Assembly (NCBI RefSeq): GCF_006345805.1 | Contig: NC_042998.1 | Coordinates: 63,178,001-63,242,000, forward strand | Direction: 5' to 3' | Length of the DNA stretch: 64,000 nucleotides | DNA from: Octopus sinensis | Taxonomy: Eukaryota | In this document: positions 13,930 to 25,245 of the stretch, piece after piece | Numbering within the stretch: position 1 is the first letter of the stretch | How the letters are laid out: each line of letters opens with the position of its first letter | The notes under the pieces: generated by a model | Told to the model about the DNA's origin: nothing | The model's input: the letters and a program-made list of their open reading frames with translations, nothing else | Database searches by the model: none | Position numbers and translations under genes: made by a program

Positions 13930-14110
13930 AAGGGAGAAAGTCAGTTACATCGACCACAGCTCCTCTCTGGTACTTTATTCTATCAAGCCGAAAGGATTAA
14001 ATGGCAGAGTTGATATCCTTTGGGATTTGAACTCTGACCGTAAAGCACCAGAAGAAATGCCGTTAAGTACGTTATCCGATATGCTAACGATCTCTCAGCT
14101 CGCCGCATTT
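13930..14110 (-). mobile_element. SINE, dominant family, degraded
   Basis: Reverse complement of the family body (atcgacc..ggtact..ccgaaagga..ttgaactctgac..gctaacgat). Confidence 0.7.
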
Positions 14111-14199
14111 TCTTTTAATATGGTGTAGGAAAAACGTGGTATCTAGCGACGGAGATTTAGGAAACATATCATGTAAAAAGAATACTATTAAATATTTAT

Positions 14200-14422
14200 T
14201 TGTTTATTGCCCACAAGGGGCTAAGCATAGAGGGGACAAACAAGGACTAAGGGATTAAGCTGATTACATCGACCCTGTGCGTAACTGGTACTTACTTAAT
14301 CGATCCCTAAAGGATGAAAGGGAAATTCGGCCTCGGCGGATTTTGAACTCAGGACGTAACAGCAGACGAAATACCGCTAAAAGTATCCCGGCGTGCTAAC
14401 GATTCTGCCAGTTCGCCACCTT
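14200..14422 (-). mobile_element. SINE, dominant family, near full length with Tx1-like tail
   Basis: Reverse complement runs from ggtggcgaactggcagaatcgttagcacgccggg to gccccttgtgggcaataaa. Confidence 0.9.
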
Positions 14423-14629
14423 TAATACTATTAAATATTACACAGAAAAGTAGCACAGCTTTCGATTCAGTGACAATAAATTAATTAAAACACTTTTTCG
14501 TTATCAATTTCAATCTCAAATTTTAACATCCTACTGATTTTGCATGAAGAAAGGAATGAATAAATTATGAAGCAAAAGGAATCTCAATAACGATAATTCT
14601 TTCATTTCTTTGTGACTGACTGATCCATG

Positions 14630-16819
14630 CATACAAAGTGTGTTAGGCCGCCAACCTCGTCTTTATCAAGGCTAAATCTTTTCAAAGTGTCTGATACAGA
14701 TCCCACCATTTATGCGCATGTACAAATCTGCTGCATCACACTTCATTCATCAAACTGAGCAGCTTTTCCATTCCTCTTTGGACTACGGCGACTGTTGAAT
14801 CCTTCCGTGGTAGTAGATTCGTTAATATTGTTACGAGGGGGACCTCCGATTCGAACTGTTACGGAATCCCTCACACCCAGGCCCGTTCGATGCAGCGAAT
14901 GTTTTCGCCACGGAAACTCGGAGAGGAGAGGAGAGAGACAACAACAACAACAGCAGCAGCAGCACAGAGGCAATCGAGAAAGACACAAAGAGGCAAGGCA
15001 CAACTGGCTTACATCTAACAACTAGTTTATATGACAATCAATTGTTACAACATCAAATACATTTCAGATACATTTAAAAGAGGACATGCACGTAACAACT
15101 CAATACATCATACAGGTATACCACAGATCAAAGCATTTAAAGGAAACAACAAATCAATACAGGTAGCATTTCAAGAGTACACGTCCGAAGACACAGTTCT
15201 GTTTCAAAACACATCAACAAGTCATATACAGTTCAAATGACATTACAGGCCTAACAGTTCAATGTTCATTATACAATGTTCAAATCACAAAACTGTACAC
15301 AATGTCTTTACACAATTCACAATGTTCATGAAATTCCTTTTTACTGTCTCATTTCTTTTCACTGTTCAATACATCGATTCTTTTTTTCCTTCTTTTTCTT
15401 CACATATCAATACGCAATTCACGTACCTTACATTAGCCAACGCCTCATATTGTACCTCATCTCTCTCAGTACTGCTAGCTCCAACTTGCCAAACTCTTGC
15501 CCCGAATTCCCAAATCCTCGCTCTTAAAATCCCAACTGCTCGCTTTGACTCCAAAATCCGACTGTTCGCTTTGACGACCGAATACCGACTGTTGCTCTAT
15601 CACTACACTCAATCTGTCTCTGCACTGCTAATATCCTCTCTATCTGCTCTCAGCCCTATCTGCCTATATCTATCGGCGCTGCTGCTGTCATTCTCTCATG
15701 ACAGCTCTCAGATCCCTTACTCTGTCTTTATCACTACTTCCTTCTTCCTCTTCTTCACTGTCACTAGATTCTTCCTTACTCTATCTTCCTCGGCCCTCAC
15801 ATCTCTCTGACCCCTCATCGACCGGCACAAGGCCAAAGGTCCCTCCAAAGGCCATTACTCTTCCAGTAAAGAAAGGGCTGTAGCTTTTTATTCCAGACTT
15901 GCAGGCGCCACTCCCAACAAAGTGGGTCAAGAAATACTGCACCAGCCGAACCATAACAATATGTTCATCTGTTGTAGACAAAACGTAGAAAAATGAAAAT
16001 CTTTTTGTAGGACTGAGAGTACAGGCTGTTTATTGTAGTACTACGGTAAACGGGTTTCGTATAGGAGAGACCTAATCAGAAGCCATATTATAGGGTTAGC
16101 CTAGAGTGCAGAAAACCCTGTCATCAATCTTGATTATTGATCTCTGTGTTTTATTGTTTTTTTTCTAGTTACTACTTACCCTGTGTAAGTAGTAGCTAAA
16201 AACCCTAAATCTTTTCAAAGTGTTACAAATGCCTCCATCCACGTGCATGTACAAACCAGCTGTATCAGACTTCTTTCCGGATCTGCATGAAACTGGGCAG
16301 CTTTTCGATTCCTCTTTGGACTCCCGCTACGTTGACTCCCTCCGTGGGCGTAAGTTCCTTATTTAGGGTTTAGATTCATTTTTGTCTTTCTTTCAACCAC
16401 CCTTGACAGCTTATTATCCTTATGCAATCTATGTTCCATATCTGTCTTTGCACGTTAATAAAAGGCAGGAAAGAGTGGACGTTCAACAGGCCTCGGTATC
16501 TTAGAATTCGTTGTTCAGCCGTTAGCGTCTTGGTTTCGGATCCTGAGAGTGGAGATGAAGACAATCAACTCTCTCGCTTTCTGATTTGCTATTTTTGGTA
16601 ATCTCAGAGTAGAAATTCCCGTGGAATATTGTTGCCAGGGCCGTCGTTATGCACTACACACAGTAAACGTTCAGCGGGCATGCAAGAATCATTATCTTTT
16701 AGGTTCTGCATCAAACTAACCAGGGTTTCGGTTCCTCCTTGGACTACTGCGAACTTCACTCCCTCCATGGGAGTATGTTCCTTATCTAGAGTATGGATCC
16801 AATTTTCTCTTTCTTTCAA
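14630..16819 (-). pseudogene. Decayed, probably spliced coding relic with three related ~141-codon units, interrupted by a solo LTR; product unknown
   Basis: Unit 1 reads KERENWIHTLDKEHTPMEGVKFAVVQGGTETLVSLMQ from 16819. Unit 2 reads KERQK*I*TLNKELTPTEGVNVAGVQRGIEKLPSFMQ from ~16396. Unit 3 reads TTTEGFN/VAVVQRGMEKLLSLM at ~14820. Candidate splice sites: tttag| at 16820, cagg|gtaagt at 16180/16179, and a pyrimidine tract with acaacag| at 15969. Multiple stops and frameshifts. Confidence 0.4.
14829..15958. mobile_element. Solo LTR (Gypsy-like), 1130 bp, with ATAT target-site duplication
   Basis: Termini TGTTAC...ATAACA (TG..CA with a short inverted repeat) are flanked by ATAT at 14825-14828 and 15959-15962. 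No internal gag/pol is present. Confidence 0.8.
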
Positions 16820-17068
16820 CTAAACAACAAGTATACAACAAGTAGGTATTTTTCTAGCTGTTTATACTTGATACCATTATACTTTCGGCAAGTGTCCACT
16901 ATTACACCCTCAAGTAAAACAAAGTTTTAAGAGAGAAATCTAGATGATAGAAGTTGAGAAAATCAATGGGGATGCTGCTTGCTGCATTGTGATAAAGAGG
17001 CAACAGTAGTAAACAAAAAACCGTAAAGACAAAGATTCTTATAATACAGAGAATAAATAAATTTGATC

Positions 17069-17235
17069 ATCTTTATATATTTCAGGCACACAGTCTTATG
17101 ATCAGAAGTAAACAGTGAAGATATATCAGTTTATCCATAGACTGGACCTGCAGAATAGGATTGTTATCTGAATAGATTGACATATCTTGCTTGTATTTTT
17201 GATGATCACACATCGTGCCTGAAATATGTAAAGAT
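17069..17235. repeat. Imperfect fold-back (inverted repeat) element
   Basis: atctttatatatttcaggcac (17069-17089) matches gtgcctgaaatatgtaaagat (17215-17235) with one mismatch, and inner arms also align. Confidence 0.75.
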
Positions 17236-17913
17236 TATTGAATTTATTTTTTTCCCTATACAAAGAAGCTCTTCGTGAGTACTTAATTTACTATTGTAAG
17301 AGCCTGTTTTATATTCCTCCTGTTTTGGATTCTAAGTATAATTGTTTATCAAATCTGGCATATCACATGTCGTTTCAGTATATTTAGAATGCCATTCTTC
17401 CTTACAGACATATGTAAGTAAAGGTCTAGTGTCTCAGCATAGTTTTCCTTCACCAACATGTATATCACGCATGGAAGAAACTCTCATATACCCCGCATTT
17501 GTTATTATGTCCACGCGGAACAGATATACGCAACACACTTCCAGTTACATTCATGTTTCACCCACAATCACTTGCGTCCCATTTATTCATAAACAGTGAA
17601 ATCCTCCAACGCTCTTTCTATAACGTGACACCAATAGATACAAAAAGTAAATTAAGATGTGTGAATGTAAACATTCACGGATTAAGAACTAGCTAAATAA
17701 ATGGGCGAGAATAAATTTCCATTCTTAAATTAACGACAGCAATCATATTTTTGATATTTAGAATACATATACAAATCAGCAGTGAACTTTAGGACAACGA
17801 TGTATATTGTCCGCGTAATATTATTCTAAAAACAATAAGAATGATACATTGCAAAGAAATTGGTTTGTAATGACACGGTATTTGAATGTAAATTACTTTT
17901 CAGAATGATTGAG

Positions 17914-17991
<78 letters not shown>

Positions 17992-18420
17992 CATGTGTGC
18001 TTGTGTGTGTATGTATGCGTGCATATGTATGTATGCATATATGTGTGTCCGCAAGTATGTATGTATACTTATATAACTAGCATTTCCAAATTTAATTTCA
18101 ATCCGAATACAATCTCCACCGACGTAACAAAGATATAAAGACAAGAAACAGGGAATCACTTCGCAAAACATTTTCCCTTTTAAAATCCAATTAAAAACCA
18201 TTTTTATGAATAACATTTTATTAAAATTTCTGTACAGATGTATTTCTGCTCATATACGTATGCTGGTAGGAAGCATATGTAAGTATCGGTAATATACAAT
18301 CTTGGAGCAAGATTACGTACTAGCAACGTTTATATATTTGATATACATATATATGTTCGGGCGTATGTATGTATGTTTGTACGTATGTATGTATCTATTG
18401 TGTGTATGAATATATATATA

Positions 18421-18479
<59 letters not shown>

Positions 18480-18530
18480 TGTATATATGCATGCATGTAC
18501 GAAAGCTTGCATCTATCTCACGATCAATCC

Positions 18531-18561
<31 letters not shown>

Positions 18562-19119
18562 GCTCTCTCCCTCTAAAATCTCTAAGCTTACAATAGTTTA
18601 CGTAAGGTTTTACCCATATGAGAATTTAATTATTTATCTGTTTCCCGCTAAATCCAATATAAATATAAATATGTCACGATAGCAATATTACATAAACCAT
18701 AGCCCATCTAGTTATATAACTATTTAGATGTTACCTAAATTATATATTCATCCACAACATGATAAAATTGGGAACGATATCAGTTTGCCGTTGCTCAATA
18801 ATTATTAAAATGTGTTCTGACCATTCTGGCAATGAATCAGCTTAACTAACGAACTTATGATATCCCTTAGGTAGTTACATATATATAATCCATATCTATA
18901 ATATCGGCAAAGATTATTATCAATTTTACACAAGAGTAGCTGGGAGAACACATAAATGAGCATCATTTTACTTTGATAGAAATATAAATAAAACATCAGT
19001 ATAACTATATATGCGTGTGTGATGCCCTTTAAGTTAATGAAGTACACTTGGTTAGCAACAAATTTACATAACACAATACATTTGATTTCTTCAAGGAAAT
19101 CATTTCCCAGAGGCTTTTA

Positions 19120-19292
19120 AATGCTGTGACCATGGCTGCATGCTTAAAACGTTCACTCTCCAGCCCCTTGTTTCCGGATTCAATCCTATGCGCAGCAATG
19201 TTTGCAGATGTCTCCTAATGTAACACTGCACCGAGCAATGCATTGCGAGTGAATTTGATTGAGAGAAACCGTGTGAAAGCCTATCGTATATA
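19120..19292 (+). mobile_element. tRNA-headed CORE-like SINE, degraded
   Basis: Similar to 20350-20482, with the same ...gaaagcctatcgtata end. Confidence 0.55.
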
Positions 19293-19464
19293 TTTATATA
19301 CCCACACTCATTCACTCATACACACACACACGTACACACATACGTACATATATATATAATATATATATATATATTATATATATATATATTCACATATATG
19401 AATGTATGTTTATATAGAGAGAACAGAAATGGTGTTTAAAGTTTACGGCAACAGTTTCGGTGGA

Positions 19465-19685
19465 ATTGTATTGAGGTATTCATCGAGTACATCACAACAT
19501 ATAATCAACCATTTTCATATGCAATTTTATACGGTATCAAACAGGTGAGATATTACACCGACGCTGACGAATATTGTTGGATAAGTCACCATAGGTATAT
19601 TATCTCACCTGCTTGATCGCTACTGTTAAGTTTCATGAAGATGGCGGATTATATACTGTGATGTAATTGATGAAACACCTATACT
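19465..19685. repeat. Imperfect fold-back element with ~100-bp arms
   Basis: tacatcacaacatataatc pairs with gattatatactgtgatgta, and atcaaacaggtgagata pairs with tatctcacctgcttgat. Confidence 0.7.
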
Positions 19686-20059
19686 ATTCTACTGAAACGG
19701 CTGTCGTAAATTTAAAACACAATTTCTCTTCTCTATTTTTATACCTAAACCAAACATAGAACTAACACAGAATCGGATTTTGTTTGAAGCTGGATTTGGT
19801 ACTTAGTATTGCTTTAAAGAGTCAAACTTCTGGGATTATTCCCTGTAAAGGTATATGAAATTAATTTGTGAAAAATCAATAAGTAGAGTATTCTATCTAA
19901 TGAAAGTCTAATATTAATATAAATGCTTCATACTACATGCATTATATGCACCATTAATAGTTTCCCATACGTAAATATGATCATCACGCGCTGATGAATA
20001 CTTATGTATGTACAACATTTAGCAGCGCATATAATGCACGTAGTATGAAGCATTTCTAC

Positions 20060-20660
<601 letters not shown>

Positions 20661-20664
20661 ATGT

Positions 20665-21045
20665 ATTTTATTTCAAAATTTCTTGCCTAGGTTCAAGGCT
20701 CTTTCACTGGGATTTCAACATCAACAACAGGATAGTTTTGTTTGTATCTATGATATGTATATGTGCAGATTTGTATGTGGTGCTTCATGCATCTATTCTC
20801 ATGCATATAGTTGCATATCTAGACACGCTCATATATTTTTAAGCGATAAATTTCTGGAAAGTTTTACAAATTTGTACAGTGCCAGTGATAAATTGGATCT
20901 GTAGTCTTCGAATTAGCGTTCTCCTTTCTGGTTTTGAGAAGCTTAATTTCTCAAGATTGGTATTTAGGCAGTGTGTTACATAACACAATGCCCCAATAAT
21001 TACAGGTATAAACCTAAACTTATAATCTGGATAGATTAACTACCT
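20665..21045 (-). mobile_element. R4/Dong-like non-LTR retrotransposon 3' end
   Basis: Collinear with 27705-28140, which encodes the RLE C-terminus. Confidence 0.8.
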
Positions 21046-21380
21046 TTTTCTAGACTTTGTATCCCTTTATTTGCACACAAGGTTTGGCAACCGGTGTTGG
21101 TATGTTTACTCTCCCGTAACTTAACTGTTCACAAAAAAATTCGGTGTTAACATTGCAAAAGACAAGATTTTCTGGGGGTCGAACGTTTCGACCAAACCGT
21201 TGAAAGCAAACCCTCAGACTGACCCGAGTACAATCACTGGATAACGCGTAACATATACAACACATTTTGCCACCAGAAACATTTATTATAACAGTTTAAA
21301 TAAAGTATTTTGCTTGTGTTTTTAATTCGAAGGAGACAGCTTTCATTATAAGAAATATTATTCAATAAAGAAAAGAAAAT

Positions 21381-21490
21381 AAACAATTGCAGCGTGGAAG
21401 TTGTTTGTAAGCCATTTAAGAAACACACAAAAGCCGTTTTTTATGTGTTTCTTAAATGGCTTACAAACACCTTCCACGCTGCAATTGTTT
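21381..21490. repeat. Near-perfect hairpin with 47-bp arms
   Basis: aaacaattgcagcgtggaagttgtttgtaagccatttaagaaacac is followed by its reverse complement (one mismatch). Confidence 0.9.
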
Positions 21491-22079
21491 TCGTTTCAGC
21501 ACACGATCTCAGATCAAATTACTTGCTATGCGAGTACATCTCCGTAAAATAAAATAAACTACAATAAAATTTGTAATATCAACCTACTTAAACTAATATG
21601 AAACATGCTCATTTCTTAAAGAATGAAATAATGTAAATATTTATTTGCTAAATATTTTAGACTCAGGTATGTTATTAATTTCGTGTAAAAGGGGATTTAT
21701 ATATAATCATTAAGCTTAAGGCAACTGTATATTCGTGGTGCATGATTGTGCTAGATAGAGACGGTTGCACGGTGAGCTTCGGGCAGGTTCTCTTACTTTC
21801 ATTAAGATGGAATAAAATTTTATATATTGTTTGTAATGTTAAAATATTGATTAGTCATTAATGAAAGAGGTATTAGTGATAAGAGACTGAAGAATGATCA
21901 AGAGAAGCAAGGGAGAAAAATAAAATACCTTAAACCTAGACAAAAGCAACCGCATCGAATGTGGTGTATGATATTGATTCTGTTTTTAGGGACTTGTTTC
22001 AATGTAAAATTAGAAACGATGGACCAAGTGTATGTATGTATAATTCTATGTATGTATGTCATGCTTTTATTGTTTTACT

Positions 22080-22270
22080 TATTTCAGTCGTGGATTGCAG
22101 CCATGCTGGAGCACCACCTTTAGTCGAGCAAATCGGCCGCAAGACTTATTCTTTGTAAACCTAGTATTTATTCTAGCGGTCTGTTTTTGCTGAACCGGTA
22201 AGTTACGGAGAGGTAAACACACCAACATCGGTTGTCAAGCGATGTTTGGTGGGAGACAAACTCAGACATC
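22080..22270 (+). mobile_element. SINE-like repeat (gattgcagccatgctggagcacc family)
   Basis: Recognisable interspersed-repeat body ending in a (CA)n tail; family assignment from recall only. Confidence 0.5.
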
Positions 22271-22283
22271 CAAACATACACAC

Positions 22284-22342
<59 letters not shown>

Positions 22343-22361
22343 CGTGCGTATGTGTGTGTGT

Positions 22362-22700
22362 GAAGGCGCATGGCTCAGTGGTTAGAACGTCGAGCTTACG
22401 ATCGTGAGGCTGTGAACTCAAATCCCGGACCGGGCTGCGTGTTGTGTTCTTGAGCAAGACACTTTATTTGATGTTGCTCCAGTTCACTCAACTGTAGAAA
22501 TGAGCTGCGACGTCACCGGTGCCAAGCTGTATCGGCCTTTGCCTTCCATTGGATAACACTGGTGGTATGGAGGGGAGGGCGGTATGCATGGGCAATTGCT
22601 GGTCTTCCATAAACAACCTTGCTCGGACTTATGCTTGGGGGTGGTGGTAAATTTCTAGGTGCAATCACATGATCAGTCATAACCGAAGGGGATCTCAGAT
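22362..22700 (+). mobile_element. tRNA-derived CORE-SINE (octopus OR-like), near full length
   Basis: A-box tggctcagtggttag, tRNA-like head with cttacgatc, CORE tcttgagcaagacacttta...ccagttcactcaactg. A homologue lies at 41763. Confidence 0.85.
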
Positions 22701-22705
22701 ATACG

Positions 22706-22734
<29 letters not shown>

Positions 22735-22737
<3 letters not shown>

Positions 22738-22880
22738 CGACGGGCTCCTTTCAGTTTCCATCTACCAAATCCACTCACAAGCTTTTGGTCAGCCCGATGC
22801 TATAAAAGACATTTGCACAAGGTGCTACGCAAAGGGACTGAAGCTAGAACCATGCGGTTGTTAAGCAAGCTACTTACCTC
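22735..22880 (-). mobile_element. CORE-type SINE (same family as 20350-20482)
   Basis: tacgacgggctcc..tttccatctaccaaatccactcacaag is the reverse complement of the 20420-20480 tail. Confidence 0.8.
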
Positions 22881-22914
22881 ACTCTGCCTCTATGTTCACA
22901 GCTACTCCTAGTTC

Positions 22915-24210
22915 TAGAGAAAGTGTCGGTTTCTAACTTAGATCCAAAGCTCCTTCACTGGAATTTCAACATCAACAACAGGGTATTTTTGTTTGCAAGT
23001 ATGCATGTATGCATGTATGTATGTATGTATGTATGTATGTATGTATGTATGTATGTATGTATGTATGTATGTATGTATGTATGTATGTATGTATGTATGT
23101 ATGTATGTATGTATGTATGTATGTATGTATGTGTGCAGACTTGTATGTTTTGTTATATGTATTCCCATGCACATAGTCGCATATTCAAACATGATCAAAT
23201 ATATTTAATTGATAAGCTACATATTTTTTACAATTCCAGTGATGGATTGGATCTGTAGTTTTCGAATTAGCTTTTCCTTTCTGGTTTGAGAGGCCCAGTT
23301 TCTCAAGATTTGCATTTAAGCTGTGTGTTACATGTCCTAGAGCCCCCATAATTACCTGAACAATAAAACCTGAACTTGTAATCTAGATAGAATTATTGCA
23401 GATTTCTCGAAAGTTCAGCTTAGATGCTCTGTGTTTCACTGATATTCAAGTTTAGATTAACATCCGCTGGGCAGCTAATTTCGACAATTGTGCGCAGTTT
23501 CTCTTCTCTATCCCAAATCATTATATCAGGTCAATTGTGTTTATGTTTTATTGACGTTTTCATTGGGATATCCCACCAGTACTCCTTTTAATTATGAGTG
23601 GCTATGGCTTCTACCATACTGTGGGTTCTTATTCCTTTGTCCTCGGAGTTATCCTTTCGTCGGATTTTATTATCGAGTGTCCTAACTACAACAGTATATC
23701 TCATCAGTAGATAATACCGTGATGACTTTTTCGGACTATTGCTTATGATGTAGGTGATATCTTCGGTTTTAACACCACACATTTTCCATACGTTGTCACA
23801 TTTTACGACATTTTCGGCCTCTCTATCACTTTTGTGCACATGTAGTTAGTTGATATTCTTTGATCCTGGATTGCAAACGCATACTCTTCAAAATATCCGG
23901 CTATTGGTCCATATGATAGACTCCTCTGATGATCAATATTACCATGATCTTGGGGCTTTCTACTAGCATATCCATGCATATTCTTCTGCTCATAGAGTCT
24001 CATCCTTTCATCTGATGATACGTTGTGGTAGAGTCGTGTGACTCCTTTGGGCATGTATTCTAGGTTATCAAACACAAAAGGTTGCTCAAGGAGCTGCATT
24101 CCAAGTCTGGGGCAAAATACACGAAGCCTAGTATACCCAACATGACTACGCGTCTGATAAGGGTACACTAGGCACATGCATCACAACCATATGTGCGCGA
24201 CATGGCGATC
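22915..24210 (-). mobile_element. R4/Dong-like LINE 3' portion (CCHC knuckle, RLE endonuclease, 3'UTR with expanded (ATAC)n)
   Basis: GYFEEYAFAIQDQRISTNY; ENVVKCDNVWKMCGVKTEDITYIISNSPKKSSRYY; NHSHS*LK..W; ETQSI. This is the typical R4-clade domain order. Confidence 0.85.
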
Positions 24211-24394
24211 TCATATCAAGATAAACCCTGGATAAGGGTTGTTTAAGGATGTTATAATGCTATAATGCACCCCCACTACATCTGCTCGTGATCAGAGATG
24301 AACATATCGTCAGCCAGTAAGGGACATGGTCAACTGGTTAGGCATGGCCACTACCTGGGTACTGCATCACGGCATAGTCACTGCTTGGTACTGC

Positions 24395-24397
24395 ATC

Positions 24398-24433
<36 letters not shown>

Positions 24434-24491
24434 GTCGTCGTCGTCGTCGTCCTCGTCCTCGTCGTCATCGACGTCGTCGTCGTCGTTGTTG

Positions 24492-24536
<45 letters not shown>

Positions 24537-24552
24537 TTCTTATCATCATCAT
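24395..24552. repeat. Compound trinucleotide array (CAT)n-(CGT)n-(TGT)n-(TAT)n
   Basis: Read directly. Confidence 0.95.
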
Positions 24553-25069
24553 CCTTCATTGTTTGTTGCTGTTGCTTTAATTCTGCTTCCCGTCGAAGCG
24601 GAAAGCGTATTTTACGACGAAATGCATTTTGTACCTCCTATATGAAATTTTTTATTCCCGTTATCTTAATCTTTCTCACTTTTGATTGAAACCTTTTCAC
24701 GGATCCTTCTCGGGGAACCTTGTAAAAAAGGAATGTCACAGTACTGTAACTATATTCACTTTAAGATCAAGATTTTCAACCTGGGGCCACAATAATTCAA
24801 TGCAATATCACTTCTTTGTTAACTTCTCTGTTCTAGATCATGATCATCTCAGAGTTCAATTCCATATAATAATCTATATTTCTTTTTCTGTTTCCCATAA
24901 TACTCGCTATCAGTTGACCATGTCACGCCGATTATAGCGTTAGACTAATCCTCTTGTCCACGATAATAATATTCTTACACTTATTACACCCTGAAGGAAT
25001 GTTTCTTCATTTTTTTTTCTAGATAGAAACCTAAATATGTCTTCCGTGCTTCTCCTTCCTCTTTAAAAC

Positions 25070-25245
25070 TTAATAACCATTTTCATACTTCTGCTCTTTT
25101 TCAGTATAAATGGCCTCCATCTGATTAGGATAAGCACGCTTCTGTGTATTGTAAGCTATTTTCTCCATTTTCCTGTTGATATCCTTCAGCTTCTTCTTCC
25201 TCCACTCTATAATTCCTGCTCCATAGCTGAAATTGATTGTTTGCA
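25070..25245 (-). mobile_element. R4-like RT thumb-region remnant
   Basis: FSYGAGIIEWRKKKLKDINRKMEK resembles the R4-clade YSxGIIxWxxxELxxIDRKTRK segment. Confidence 0.6.

Noticed and set aside
14795-15025. Poly-Q ORF
   Set aside because: It lies within the solo LTR and derives from a short (CAA)/(CAG) tract.
22362-22440. tRNA-like sequence (also at 34268, 41763 and 49840-49912)
   Set aside because: Each continues into a SINE body and lacks a complete acceptor stem, so these are SINE heads and not tRNA genes.
25070-25245. Apparent host exon after caatttcag on the minus strand
   Set aside because: The peptide matches the R4-clade RT thumb region, so it is a retrotransposon remnant.
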